Source of the DNA: Deltaproteobacteria bacterium
GTDB lineage: Bacteria > Desulfobacterota > Binatia > UBA9968 > JAJDTQ01
Reading direction: 5' to 3'
DNA: 64,000 bases
NCBI GenBank assembly: GCA_028821115.1
Contig: JAPPHF010000144.1
Location: forward strand, 105-64,104
Positions 34,402 to 44,645 of the stretch are shown here, piece by piece; position 1 is the first letter of the stretch, and every line of letters begins with the position of its first letter. Made by a program: the position numbers and the translations under genes. Under the pieces are notes generated by a model. The model was not told the origin of the DNA. It saw only the letters and a program-made list of their open reading frames with translations, and searched no databases.

Positions 34402-35259
34402 TCAACCGAGCGCTTCCGCGGTGGAGACCACTTCCAGCAGCTCCTTGGTGATGGCCGCCTGCCGCGCCCGGTTCATCTGCAACGTGAGGGCGCTTATGAG
34501 GTCGGAGGCGTTGTTGGTGGCGGACTCCATGGCCGTCATCCGCGCGCCGTGCTCGCCGGCGGTGGCCTCGAGGAGCGCCTGGTAGACCTGTACCTCCACG
34601 TTCTTGGGCAACAGGTTGGAGAGCAGGTCGCCGATGCTGGGCTCGAGCAGGTACTCGGTGAGGTGCTGCTCCTCGTCCACCTGCGGCGGCGCCACCGGGA
34701 TGATCCGGGCGGCCGCGGGAACCTGCGACAGCGCCGAGCGGAACTGGCTGTATACGATGTAGGCGGCGTCGGACTCGCCGTTCAGGAAGCGCCCGATGAG
34801 GCGGCCGGCCGCAACCGAGGCGAGCTCGTCCGGGGACGCGTGCCAGGTCACCGGACCATCGTCCATGGCGGCGACCCCCCGGCGGCGGAAGTACTCCGAA
34901 CCCTTGCGCCCGACGAACCGGAACGTGACCTCCTGTTCTCCGCGGTCGACACGAAAGTTGTCGGCCAAACGGATCACGTTGCTGTTGTAGGCGCCGCACA
35001 AGCCGCGGTCGGCGGTGACCAGCAGAACGTCGACGCGCTTCTCCTCCCGCTCGATCAGCAGGGGATGGCTTTCCTCGGATACCCTCGCCGAAAGGTTCGA
35101 CAGAAGCTCGCGCATCTTTTCCGCGTACGGCCGCGCTTCCACCGCGGCGTCATGGGCCCGGCGCAGCTTGGCCGCCGCCACCGCCTTCATCGCCTTGGTG
35201 ATCTGCTGCGTGTTGCGGACCGAAGAGATCCGCTTTCGTATGTCCTTGAGAGAGGGCAC
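34402..35259 (-). CDS. atpG: F1Fo ATP synthase subunit gamma
   Basis: 285-aa gamma-subunit sequence (MPSLKDIRKRISSVRNTQQITKAMKAVAAAKLRRA). Confidence 0.92.
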   Translation of the reverse strand: MPSLKDIRKRISSVRNTQQITKAMKAVAAAKLRRAHDAAVEARPYAEKMRELLSNLSARVSEESHPLLIEREEKRVDVLLVTADRGLCGAYNSNVIRLADNFRVDRGEQEVTFRFVGRKGSEYFRRRGVAAMDDGPVTWHASPDELASVAAGRLIGRFLNGESDAAYIVYSQFRSALSQVPAAARIIPVAPPQVDEEQHLTEYLLEPSIGDLLSNLLPKNVEVQVYQALLEATAGEHGARMTAMESATNNASDLISALTLQMNRARQAAITKELLEVVSTAEALG

Positions 35260-35268
35260 CTACGACAC

Positions 35269-36777
35269 TTACGCTTCAAACCGTTGGTTGAATTCCTGCA
35301 GAGCCTTCTCCGCCGCCGCCTTGTTGTCGTCGTCGATCTGGCCCTTCTCGACGATGGCCGGCAGCAGATCCGGGTGCTGCGACTCCACGAACTCGAACAG
35401 CTCGTTCTGGTAACGGAGCAGGTTCTCGGGCTCGATCTGGTCGACGAAGCCGTTGGTGCCCGCGTAGATGACCAACACCTGTTTCTCGACCGGCATGGGC
35501 TGGTACTGCCCCTGCTTGAGGATCTCCACCAGCCGGCTGCCGCGGGCGATCTGCCGTTGAGTGGCCGCGTCCAGGTCCGATCCGAACTGGGCGAAGGCCG
35601 CCATCTCGCGGTATTGGGCAAGGTCCAGCCGGAGTCCGCCGGCTACCTGTTTCATGGCCCGGATCTGCGCGTTGCCGCCGACACGGGAGACCGACAGGCC
35701 CACGTTGATGGCGGGACGAACGCCGGAGTAGAACAGGTCCGACTCGAGATAGATCTGGCCGTCGGTGATGGAGATGACGTTGGTCGGGATGTAGGCGGAG
35801 ACGTCGCCCGCCTGCGTCTCGATGATCGGCAAGGCCGTGAGCGAGCCGCCGCCCTGCTCGTCGCTCATCTTGGCCGCGCGCTCCAGCAACCGGGAGTGCA
35901 GGTAGAAAACGTCGCCCGGAAAGGCCTCGCGGCCGGGCGGGCGGCGCAGCAGCAGGGAGAGCTGCCGGTAGGCCACCGCGTGCTTGGAGAGGTCGTCGTA
36001 GATGGCCAGGGCGTGGCCGCCGTTGTCGCGGATGTGCTCGCCCATGGTGCAGCCGCTGTAGGGCGCGATGTACTGAAGCGGCGCCGACTCCGAGGCGGTG
36101 GCGGCCACCACGATGGTGTAGTCCATGGCGCCGTACTGCCGGAGCTGGTCCACCACCTGCGCCACGGTGGAGCGCTTCTGGCCCACGGCGACGTAGATGC
36201 AGGTGACGTCGCCGCCCTTCTGGTTGATGATGGTGTCGATGCAGACCGCGGTCTTGCCGGTCTGGCGGTCGCCGATGATCAGCTCCCGCTGGCCGCGCCC
36301 GATAGGGATCATGGAGTCGATGGCCTTGAGACCCGTCTGGAGCGGCTGCATCACCGGCTGGCGCTGGACGATGCCCGGGGCCTTGAGCTCGATGCGGCGG
36401 CGCTCCGTGGTCTCGATGGGGCCGCGTCCGTCGATGGGCTCTCCGAGCGGGCTCACCACCCGGCCTCTCAGCGCGTCGCCTACCGGGACCTCGACGATGC
36501 GGCCGGTGCGGTTGACACGGTCGCCTTCCTTGATGAGGTGCGACTCGCCGAACAGCGCCGCGCCGACGTTGTCCTCCTCAAGGTTGAGCGCCATGCCGAA
36601 CACGTCGTTGGGGAACTCCAGGAGCTCTCCGGCGGCGGCGTTGTCGAGACCGTAGATCCGGGCGATGCCGTCCCCCGTGGACAGGACGGTGCCGATCTCC
36701 TCGACGGTGACGCCCTTGTCGTAGTCCTCGATCTGTTTCTTGATGATGCTGGTAATTTCGGCGGTGCCGATCTCCAT
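35269..36777 (-). CDS. atpA: F1Fo ATP synthase subunit alpha
   Basis: Start trimmed to [13 protein letters not shown]. Walker A GDRQTGKT. Confidence 0.95.
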   Translation of the reverse strand: MEIGTAEITSIIKKQIEDYDKGVTVEEIGTVLSTGDGIARIYGLDNAAAGELLEFPNDVFGMALNLEEDNVGAALFGESHLIKEGDRVNRTGRIVEVPVGDALRGRVVSPLGEPIDGRGPIETTERRRIELKAPGIVQRQPVMQPLQTGLKAIDSMIPIGRGQRELIIGDRQTGKTAVCIDTIINQKGGDVTCIYVAVGQKRSTVAQVVDQLRQYGAMDYTIVVAATASESAPLQYIAPYSGCTMGEHIRDNGGHALAIYDDLSKHAVAYRQLSLLLRRPPGREAFPGDVFYLHSRLLERAAKMSDEQGGGSLTALPIIETQAGDVSAYIPTNVISITDGQIYLESDLFYSGVRPAINVGLSVSRVGGNAQIRAMKQVAGGLRLDLAQYREMAAFAQFGSDLDAATQRQIARGSRLVEILKQGQYQPMPVEKQVLVIYAGTNGFVDQIEPENLLRYQNELFEFVESQHPDLLPAIVEKGQIDDDNKAAAEKALQEFNQRFEA

Positions 36778-36895
36778 GGCTCGCTCCCTTGGATGTGTGC
36801 CGTATCCACACACGGGCGGATTTGAAACCCGCCCCTACACGTAACGCCTTCGCGCCTGCTCTCTAGTGTCCTGCCCCGCGCAATTCTTCCCCCGG

Positions 36896-37432
36896 CTAGT
36901 ATGTCCGCTCGAAGCTCTTTCTAAGGGTTTGAAGCTGCGTGCGCACGCTGCCGTCGTAGACCTTGCCGCCGACCTCGACGACGATGCCGCCGACGATGCC
37001 GGGGTCGACCTCTTCGGCGAGCATCGCGGTCTTGCCGGTCATTTCGCCCACCACCGCCACAAGGCTGTTGCGCTGGTCCTCGCCCAGGGGTTGGGACACC
37101 GTGACCTTGACGTTCACCCGCCCCGCCGCATCGTCCAGCAGCCGGTGGTAGTGATTCGCGATGGAGGACAAGCCGTCCAGGCGGTCCCGGGAAACCAGCA
37201 GCGAAAGGAAGTTGGTGGTCAGGTCCGACAAACCCAAGTGGCCCGCTACCTCCACCACGATATCCTTGCGGCGGTCCTGGTCGAAAGCGGGATTTCCCAG
37301 AACCTTCTTCAGGTCGGGGTCCTGGTACGCCTCAAGGAAGCCGTCCACCTCGGCGCCGATGGCCTCCTCGCGGTTAGCGGCCAGCTCGAACACGGCTCTT
37401 GCGTAACGGCGGCTGAGCTTTCCTTCGATCAT
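36896..37432 (-). CDS. atpH: F1Fo ATP synthase subunit delta
   Basis: 178-aa OSCP/delta-like sequence, between the b subunits and alpha. Confidence 0.85.
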   Translation of the reverse strand: MIEGKLSRRYARAVFELAANREEAIGAEVDGFLEAYQDPDLKKVLGNPAFDQDRRKDIVVEVAGHLGLSDLTTNFLSLLVSRDRLDGLSSIANHYHRLLDDAAGRVNVKVTVSQPLGEDQRNSLVAVVGEMTGKTAMLAEEVDPGIVGGIVVEVGGKVYDGSVRTQLQTLRKSFERTY

Positions 37433-37460
37433 ATCTGTCGCTCGAAACCGGTAACCGGGG

Positions 37461-38003
37461 TCACAGTTCCCGAATCTGCTGCGAGAAGTTCTCGACCATT
37501 CGGTCCTGATCGGCGGCCGCCATGTGCTGCTGGATCACCCGCTCGGCGGCGGCCTCGGCCAGAAGCGCCATCTCCCCGCGGATCTGCTGGCGCGCCATCT
37601 TGACTTCCTGCTCGGCCAGGAAATCCGCGTCGGCTTTCAGCTTGGCCGCAGACTCCTCCGCCTCGGCCACGATGCGCGTGCGCTCCCGCTCGCCCTCCGC
37701 TCTCAGCCCCTGCCGGATCCGCTCACACTCATTGTCGAGAACTTCCAGCAATTCCCGATACTTGCGAACATATCGCTCGGCTTCTCCCTTGGCCTCCTGG
37801 GCGGTGGCCACGGCTCCGATGAGTCCCTCCCGGCGCTGCTCGAGGTGCTTCTTGATCAGCGGAAGGCCGTAGCGTTTGACCAGGAAGGCGAAGATCGTGA
37901 AGTTGATGAGCGGATACAGCAGCTCCGTAATGGACGGAGTATGGGTTCCGCCCGCGGTCGCGGCCCAAGCCGTGGACACGAAGATGTCGGTCAAAAGGGT
38001 CAT
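37461..38003 (-). CDS. atpF: F1Fo ATP synthase subunit b
   Basis: 180 aa with an N-terminal TM plus a long charged coiled coil. Confidence 0.8.
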   Translation of the reverse strand: MTLLTDIFVSTAWAATAGGTHTPSITELLYPLINFTIFAFLVKRYGLPLIKKHLEQRREGLIGAVATAQEAKGEAERYVRKYRELLEVLDNECERIRQGLRAEGERERTRIVAEAEESAAKLKADADFLAEQEVKMARQQIRGEMALLAEAAAERVIQQHMAAADQDRMVENFSQQIREL

Positions 38004-38428
38004 GTCAGCTTCCGGCCCAGAACCTTCTCCGCCATCTGCTGCGCAAGCGCCTCGGCATTGGTCGAGGCCACTTGGCGCGCCGACTCCATCTCCTTCTGGA
38101 CCTCTTCCCGGATCTCCTGGATCTTTTGGGTGGCGGCGTCGCGTCCCTGGGAGAGGATCACGTTGCGGGCCTTGAGGGCCTCTTCACGGATCTCGCTCTT
38201 GATGGCTTCCCCCTCGGCGCGCGCCTTGGCGATGGCGGCGTCGTACTGCTCCTGTAACTCTTTTCCGTCCTCGGTCATGGAGCGTGCTTCGGCATGGGCG
38301 CCCTCGGTGCGGCGCTCCCGTTCCGCCATCAAACGCCCGACAGGCCCGAACAGCACCCGGCGCAGGATGCTCAAAAGGATCAGGAACAGGACGATTTGGA
38401 CGACCAGAGAAAAGTCTATGCTGATCAT
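38000..38428 (-). CDS. F1Fo ATP synthase subunit b'
   Basis: 142 aa, a second b-type subunit (TM plus coiled coil). It overlaps the atpF start by 4 nt. Confidence 0.75.
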   Translation of the reverse strand: MISIDFSLVVQIVLFLILLSILRRVLFGPVGRLMAERERRTEGAHAEARSMTEDGKELQEQYDAAIAKARAEGEAIKSEIREEALKARNVILSQGRDAATQKIQEIREEVQKEMESARQVASTNAEALAQQMAEKVLGRKLT

Positions 38429-38548
38429 GCTTCGCGTTCGTTGCTGAAGACACCGGACTCGGACGGCGAGCCCCGGTCAAGGAAGATACGGAGTGGCGTG
38501 AACCGTCTGAGGAAAGGCAAACCTCTTTCAACTGCCGACCACGGACGG

Positions 38549-38578
38549 TCTATAGCATCCGCACCTATGCTTGTCAAA
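38549..38578 (-). promoter_or_regulatory. Candidate sigma70 promoter for the atp operon (TTGACA-18 nt-TATAGA on the minus strand)
   Basis: Hexamers read from the sequence, about 110 nt upstream of the b' start. Confidence 0.4.
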
Positions 38579-38624
38579 GAGAGGGGCGAGGAAGCATGGG
38601 GAGCGCGAAGGCGCGGTCTCATGT

Positions 38625-39488
38625 CTATACGTTCCCCATCATCATGCTGGTGATGCGCTCCAGATCGTCCTGTGAATAGTACTCGATTTCCAGCTTCCCC
38701 TTGTCGTCACTGGCCCTATGCATGAGCCTCACCCGGGTGCCGAGTCGGCGCTGCAATGTTTCGACCAGGTTCGACAGGTCGGGATCCAACCGGTCGCTCG
38801 ACTTGACGCGCCTCGGCTTGTTCAATCTCCGGACCAGGGCCTCCGTATCGCGCGTCGAAAGGTCCTTGCCCATGACCTCGCGCGCCGCCGCCGGCAGCAT
38901 CGACTTGTCGCTGAGCCCCAGGAGCGCCCGGGCCTGGCCGGCGGCCAGCTTGCCGGCGGCCACGTGCTCCTTGATCTGGTCTGGCAAGGACAGAAGTCTC
39001 AGCCCGTTGGCGACCGCCGACCGGCTCCGGCCCACCTTCTCGGCCACCTGTTCCTGGGTCAGGTGGAACTGCCCCTGAAGCTCGGCGAACGCCGCCGCCT
39101 CCTCGATGGGGTTGAGGTCCTCACGCTGGAGGTTCTCGATCAGGGCCAGCAGCAACGAGTTCGGGTCGGGCGTTTCATGAATGATAATAGGTACTTCCGA
39201 GAGCCCGAGCCTGCGCGCGGCGCGCAACCGGCGCTCTCCGGCGATCAGTTCGTAACCGGTGGTCGTGGTCCGGACAACCAGGGGCTGCAGCATACCGCTG
39301 GCCTCGATGGAGCTGGCCAGCTCGTCTATCTTCTCATCGTCGAAAACCTGCCGCGGCTGGTTCGGGTTCGGGACGATCAACGAGGGGTGGACCGACGTGG
39401 GGGCGGTCTCCTGTTGAGAATCCTCCACGACGGGTTCGCTCCCCGGAAGCAGGGCATCCAGACCCCGGCCCAGTCTATTCTTTTGCAT
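38625..39488 (-). CDS. parB: Chromosome partitioning protein ParB (Spo0J)
   Basis: ParB N-terminal GERRLRAA box and HTH. Confidence 0.92.
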   Translation of the reverse strand: MQKNRLGRGLDALLPGSEPVVEDSQQETAPTSVHPSLIVPNPNQPRQVFDDEKIDELASSIEASGMLQPLVVRTTTTGYELIAGERRLRAARRLGLSEVPIIIHETPDPNSLLLALIENLQREDLNPIEEAAAFAELQGQFHLTQEQVAEKVGRSRSAVANGLRLLSLPDQIKEHVAAGKLAAGQARALLGLSDKSMLPAAAREVMGKDLSTRDTEALVRRLNKPRRVKSSDRLDPDLSNLVETLQRRLGTRVRLMHRASDDKGKLEIEYYSQDDLERITSMMMGNV

Positions 39489-40257
39489 GGCTTGACTCCT
39501 TTCGCCCCATCAATTCGGCCGCGAGACCGAGATAGCTCTGGGCTCCCGTCGAGCGGGCGTCGTAGAGCAGCACCGGCCTTCCGTGGCTGGGACTCTCGCT
39601 CAGACGAACGTTTCGGGGGATGACGGTCTCGAAGACGGCTTCGGGGAAATGGCCGCGAACGTCTTCAGCCACTTGAGCGGAGAGATTGCTGCGGCCGTCG
39701 TACATGCAAAGGACCACCCCTTCGAACTGGAGGTGTTGATTGTACGAGACCTGGACGCGTTTCATGGTGTCCAGCACCGCGGTGAGGCCTTCGAGAGCGT
39801 AGTACTCGCACTGAAGCGGTACCAGCAGGGAATCGGCCGCCGCCAACGCATTGAGAGTGAGCAAGCCCAGGGAAGGGGGGCAATCCAGCAGGATGTAGTC
39901 AAACCGGTACCGCACCGTCTCCAGCGCTTGTCTCAGGCGCCCGATACGGTTCTCCATGTCGATCATGTGAATTTCGGCGCTGACGAGGTCGCGGTTGGCG
40001 GGCAAGAGGAACAGCGTGGGTATCTCCGTGGCGCACAGCGCCTCGGTGACGAAACAATTCTCGAGCATCACATCGTAGATGCTCTTGTTCAGAGACCTCG
40101 GATCGACCCCGAAACCCGTTGTGCAATTACCCTGCGGGTCCATGTCCACGATCAGGGTCCTCTTCGCAGCGTCGGCCAGGGACGCGCCCAGGTTCACCGC
40201 CGTGGTTGTCTTCCCGACCCCCCCCTTCTGGTTGGCTATGGCGATAATTTTACCCAA
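39475..40257 (-). CDS. parA: Chromosome partitioning ATPase ParA (Soj)
   Basis: Deviant Walker A KGGVGKTT and a 260-aa ParA sequence. Confidence 0.92.
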   Translation of the reverse strand: MGKIIAIANQKGGVGKTTTAVNLGASLADAAKRTLIVDMDPQGNCTTGFGVDPRSLNKSIYDVMLENCFVTEALCATEIPTLFLLPANRDLVSAEIHMIDMENRIGRLRQALETVRYRFDYILLDCPPSLGLLTLNALAAADSLLVPLQCEYYALEGLTAVLDTMKRVQVSYNQHLQFEGVVLCMYDGRSNLSAQVAEDVRGHFPEAVFETVIPRNVRLSESPSHGRPVLLYDARSTGAQSYLGLAAELMGRKESSHAKE

Positions 40258-40338
40258 AAGTCTTTTATTTTCAAAAAGTTATGAATCTTATGCCGTTACT
40301 GTTTCTTAGCATTTCCGAACACGGAAAGGAAGGCCGAT

Positions 40339-40354
40339 GTTTCACGTGAAACAT
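40339..40354. promoter_or_regulatory. parS centromere-like site (TGTTTCACGTGAAACA), intergenic between parA and rsmG
   Basis: Perfect 16-bp palindrome matching the canonical parS consensus tGTTtCACGTGAAAca. It is embedded in the 18-bp palindrome ATGTTTCACGTGAAACAT. Confidence 0.85.
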
Positions 40355-40398
40355 GAACCGGCTGTTGTGACACGCGGCCAAGCCCGCTGAGAATACGA

Positions 40399-41079
40399 CT
40401 AAGTCTTACGGAAAGTCAGCACGGTCCTTTGTTCTCCGCCGAACGGCAGCTCGAAGTGGCTGCTTTCCCCTTCGGTGAGTCCGTAACCGGAGATGCATGC
40501 TCGGAGCTCATCCAATAAAGTCATGCCTTTCGGTCCATGCATAACTACGGCCATTCCGCCCGGACCCAGCAGTTCCGCACTGGCCTTCAGAAACCCGGGA
40601 ATATCCGAGAATCCGCGTGTAACCGTCTCCCTCATGGACGGCAACGGCTCGGCGGACAGATCCTCCATGCGCCTCTCGATGACATGCACGTCTGCAAGCT
40701 GCAACTCCCGGGCGACTTGTCTCAAGAAGTTCGCGCGCTTACGGCGCGGCTCCACGAGATGGACAGCCTTGCCGGGGAGCGCAAGCTTGATGGGAATGCC
40801 CGGGAAGCCCGCACCGCTGCCGACATCCAGGATTCCTCCATCACCGCTCAGAAATGGGACAATGGAAAGCGAATCGACAAAGTGGCGACGGACGACGAGT
40901 TCGGGGTCCCGGATGGAGGTGAGGTTCAGGCGCCGGTTCCAAAACGTGAGAAGGTCGAGATACTGGCGGAAGGGGTGGATTTGATCCGGCGACAGTTTGA
41001 CACCAAACGCCCTGGCGCCAGCGACGAGGAGTTGCTCGTTGGTGGCTCCGTCGTCATTTGGCACCTTCCGGGAGACCAT
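40399..41079 (-). CDS. rsmG: 16S rRNA (guanine527-N7)-methyltransferase RsmG (GidB)
   Basis: SAM-binding motif (LDVGSGAGFPGIP) and GidB-family sequence. Confidence 0.9.
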   Translation of the reverse strand: MVSRKVPNDDGATNEQLLVAGARAFGVKLSPDQIHPFRQYLDLLTFWNRRLNLTSIRDPELVVRRHFVDSLSIVPFLSGDGGILDVGSGAGFPGIPIKLALPGKAVHLVEPRRKRANFLRQVARELQLADVHVIERRMEDLSAEPLPSMRETVTRGFSDIPGFLKASAELLGPGGMAVVMHGPKGMTLLDELRACISGYGLTEGESSHFELPFGGEQRTVLTFRKT

Positions 41080-41115
41080 GAGCGCCTGAGCAGTAATTGA
41101 CGGGCCCCTGTCCGC

Positions 41116-43014
41116 TCAGCCCGCCTTCATCTTGTACACGTAAAGGGAAAGCACCGAGATAGCGGCCGGCGTCACACCCGAAATCCTGTAGGCCTGCCCC
41201 AGCGACCGCGGCCGCACGTGGGTCAACTTTTCCTTTATTTCACGGGAAAGTCCGTTGATCTTGCCGTAGTCCAGGTCGTCGGGGAGCGATACGTTCTCCA
41301 TCCTCTGGAAGCGCTTGAGGCCCTGGGCCTGCCGCTCCACGTAGCCGCTGTACTTGATCGACACCTCCGCCTGCAGGGCCACGTCGGCCGGCACATCCGC
41401 CAACTCGGGACAGAAGACTGCCAAATCCGCGAATGCTATCTCGGGACGCCGCAACAGTTGGGCCAAGGATGTGATGTTTCGGATGGCCGCGGTCTTCAGA
41501 GCGTCAAGCCGGACCTGGACCGATCGCGACGGATTGATGCGCGTGCTCTCGAGCTTTTCGGCGAGCTCGTTGATCCGGCCCTGTTTGCCCGTGGTCCGCG
41601 CATGCGCCTCTGGAGTGGCTAGGCCGATCCGGTAGCCCAGTTCCGTGAGGCGTAGATCGGCGTTGTCCTCCCGCAACAGCAAGCGATACTCGGCGCGGGA
41701 CGTGAACATCCGGTAGGGCTCGCCATCCGTTCCCTTGGTTACCAAATCGTCAATCAATACGCCGATGTACGCCTGGTTCCGGGACAAGACGAGGGGCTCT
41801 TCCCCGCGGATGCTCAGGACCGCATTGATGGCCGCCATGAGGCCCTGGCTCGCGGCCTCTTCATATCCCGTCGTTCCATTGATCTGGCCGGCCAGGTAGA
41901 GACTGTCAATGGCCTTCGTCTCCAACGTCGGCTTGAGTTGTGTCGGCTCCACGTAGTCATACTCGATGGCGTAGCCGGGCCTCATGATCTCGGCTTCTTC
42001 CAGGCCTTCGATGCTGTGGACCAGGTCCACCTGGACATCGAGCGGCAGGCTGGTGGAGATGCCGTTGGGATAGACCTCGACCGTGTCGTATCCCTCGGGC
42101 TCAAGAAAAATCTGGTGCCTCTGCTTGTCCGCGAACCGTACCACCTTGTCCTCGATAGACGGGCAATAACGGGGACCGCGGCTCTTGATGACTCCGGAGT
42201 ACATGGGCGAGCGATGAATGGCCGCCTGAATGATCTCGTGAGTCCCGGGGTTCGTGTAGGTGATGTGGCAGGGGATCTGCCGCTGCTCGATTCGTTCCGT
42301 TCCAAATGAGAACGGGATGGGGTTCTCATCGCCGTGCTGAACCGAAAGCCTCGAATAATCAATAGTATGGGCGTTCAACCGTGGACATGTCCCGGTCTTG
42401 AGGCGGCCCAATCGAAGGCCCAGCGCGCTCAACGAGCCGCTCAGCCCCTGGGCCGCGAAATCCCCGGCACGGCCGGCGGAGAAATTGCGGTCGCCCACGT
42501 GGATGACGCCCTGGAGAAACGTCCCCGTCGTCAGAATGGTCTTTTTCGCCTCGAATACTTCCCCGATCTGGGTTTCGACACCCAAGACCTGGCCGTCACC
42601 GCAGACGAGGGCTTCAACGCTGCCTTGCTTGAGGGTCAGATTCTCGCAGTTCTCCACCACCCTCTTCATCCGCTGACGGTAAAGCGCCTTATCCGCCTGA
42701 GCGCGGGACGCCCTGACAGCCGGACCCTTTTTCGTGTTCAACATGCGGAACTGGATCCCGGTCTCGTCGATGGCCAGGGCCATCTCGCCGCCAAGGGCAT
42801 CGATCTCCTTGACCAGATGCCCTTTCCCGATGCCGCCAATGGCGGGATTGCAGGACATCTGTCCGATGTGATCGAGGTTCAGCGTCAGCATCAACGTCTC
42901 GAAACCCATGCGGGCGGCCGCCAAAGAGGCTTCAATACCTGCGTGTCCGGCCCCGACAACGATCACATCGTAGACCTTCCCTTTCCGTATATCCGACTGT
43001 TTCACGTGAAACAT
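41116..43014 (-). CDS. mnmG: tRNA uridine 5-carboxymethylaminomethyl modification enzyme MnmG (GidA)
   Basis: FAD motif (YDVIVVGAGHAGIEAS) and a 632-aa MnmG sequence. Confidence 0.95.
   Translation of the reverse strand: MFHVKQSDIRKGKVYDVIVVGAGHAGIEASLAAARMGFETLMLTLNLDHIGQMSCNPAIGGIGKGHLVKEIDALGGEMALAIDETGIQFRMLNTKKGPAVRASRAQADKALYRQRMKRVVENCENLTLKQGSVEALVCGDGQVLGVETQIGEVFEAKKTILTTGTFLQGVIHVGDRNFSAGRAGDFAAQGLSGSLSALGLRLGRLKTGTCPRLNAHTIDYSRLSVQHGDENPIPFSFGTERIEQRQIPCHITYTNPGTHEIIQAAIHRSPMYSGVIKSRGPRYCPSIEDKVVRFADKQRHQIFLEPEGYDTVEVYPNGISTSLPLDVQVDLVHSIEGLEEAEIMRPGYAIEYDYVEPTQLKPTLETKAIDSLYLAGQINGTTGYEEAASQGLMAAINAVLSIRGEEPLVLSRNQAYIGVLIDDLVTKGTDGEPYRMFTSRAEYRLLLREDNADLRLTELGYRIGLATPEAHARTTGKQGRINELAEKLESTRINPSRSVQVRLDALKTAAIRNITSLAQLLRRPEIAFADLAVFCPELADVPADVALQAEVSIKYSGYVERQAQGLKRFQRMENVSLPDDLDYGKINGLSREIKEKLTHVRPRSLGQAYRISGVTPAAISVLSLYVYKMKAG
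42999..43014. promoter_or_regulatory. Second parS site (TGTTTCACGTGAAACA), overlapping the mnmG start codon
   Basis: Identical 16-mer. The mnmG N-terminus MFHVKQ is encoded by the parS sequence itself. Confidence 0.85.
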
Positions 43015-43106
43015 CCTTCTCTGACTTTCCGATCAATACCCCGATTGTGCCAAATTTCCCGGCGAACCACCATGCGCCGCACCAAACAAGTTGGTCGCCG
43101 TCTCCT

Positions 43107-44474
43107 TTACTTCCCAATACAGAACTGAGAAAAAATCCGATCCAGGATGTCGTCGTTGGTCACGGTGCCGATTATTTCTTCCAGGCTATCCCGGGCCTCC
43201 TGCAAGTCCACGGCGACGATATCCGGCGGCATACCCTGATCGACGGCGTGATGAACCTCCACCAGGCTGGCCCGGGCCCGCTCCAGGGCGGCCTTGTGGC
43301 GAACGTTGGTTACGACCACCTCCGGCTCTTCCGCGGAATCCAGAAAGCACTCACGGAGGGCGTCCTTCAACATGTCCAGTCCCTGCCCGGTCAGCGCCGA
43401 GACCTCAATCTGCCGTAAATCGGTCAAGCGCGTAGAAACGGCAGACCCGTCGAGCTTCCGCGGCAGATCGGACTTGTTGACGACCACCACCCCCGGCCGA
43501 TCGCGAACCCTCTCGATCACATCCAGGTCTTCCGCGGCAAGCGGCGAGGACCCGTCAACCACCAGCATGCACCCCTGGCTCTCCTCGAGCCGCTTGAGCG
43601 TTACGTCGATGCCGATCTGCTCCACGCCTTCCGTCCTGTCCCTGATGCCGGCGGTGTCCCACAACACCACGGGCAAACCGTTGAGGTTGACGGTTTCCTC
43701 GATGAAGTCCCGGGTGGTCCCGGGGGTCGCCGTGACAATCGCCCGATCCACGCCGAGCAGGGCATTCAACAGGCTCGATTTGCCGACATTAGGCCGCCCG
43801 ACGATGCACACGCGCACGCCCTCGCGAATCAGGCGCCCCCATTCGTAGCTGTCCACCAGAGCGGAGATCCGGTCAATGACACCGGCGACCTTGCGGCTCA
43901 ACTCCTGACGCTGGAGCAGCTCGATCTCTTCCTCCGGAAAGTCGATGGCCGCCTCCACTTGCACCAGAGTATCCACGAGCTGTTCCCGCAACTCCTGGAC
44001 CTCCTGGGACAAACCGCCTTCCATCTGGCCCAACGCCACACCGGCGGCCTTGTCGGTGCGTGACCGGATCAGATCCAGCACCGCCTCGGCTTGGGCCAAA
44101 TCCAACCGTCCATTCAAGAAAGCTCTCTTGGTGAACTCACCGGGATCCGCGTGCCGGGCACCACGCCCAAGCGCCAGACCGAGCACCTGACGGACGACGA
44201 CAGGACCTCCATGGCAGTGGATCTCCACGGTATCCTCACCCGTGTAGCTCCTGGGCTCCCGCAGGAAGGCGAACATCACCTCGTCGACCACCGACCCGCC
44301 ATCCGGATCGCAAACCTTCCCGTAGTACAACCGGTGCGATTCCCAGTCGACGTCCCCGCGGGAGAGGATCTCCGTGCCGATTCGCCTGGCGTCGGGACCG
44401 CTCAATCGCACCACGGCCACACCCCCTTCACCCGGGGGCGTCGCCACCGCCGCTATGGTGTCTGCCTCGTACAT
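43107..44474 (-). CDS. mnmE: tRNA modification GTPase MnmE (TrmE)
   Basis: Start trimmed to MYEADTIAAVATPPGEGG. G-domain GRPNVGKSSLLN and the C-terminal CIGK motif. Confidence 0.93.
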   Translation of the reverse strand: MYEADTIAAVATPPGEGGVAVVRLSGPDARRIGTEILSRGDVDWESHRLYYGKVCDPDGGSVVDEVMFAFLREPRSYTGEDTVEIHCHGGPVVVRQVLGLALGRGARHADPGEFTKRAFLNGRLDLAQAEAVLDLIRSRTDKAAGVALGQMEGGLSQEVQELREQLVDTLVQVEAAIDFPEEEIELLQRQELSRKVAGVIDRISALVDSYEWGRLIREGVRVCIVGRPNVGKSSLLNALLGVDRAIVTATPGTTRDFIEETVNLNGLPVVLWDTAGIRDRTEGVEQIGIDVTLKRLEESQGCMLVVDGSSPLAAEDLDVIERVRDRPGVVVVNKSDLPRKLDGSAVSTRLTDLRQIEVSALTGQGLDMLKDALRECFLDSAEEPEVVVTNVRHKAALERARASLVEVHHAVDQGMPPDIVAVDLQEARDSLEEIIGTVTNDDILDRIFSQFCIGK

Positions 44475-44645
44475 CCGTCTTTTCGGAATCTTGACTGCGT
44501 TGACTGCGCCGGCGCTGCCAACGATCATTATATCCTATTCGGCCCGGTCTTGCGTCCAAGCCCGACAACCCCCCAGTTGACGTCGTGCGGCGTATTCGCC
44601 TCCTGTGGAAAACTGTGCTAAATACCCGATTCGGATAGGAATGCC

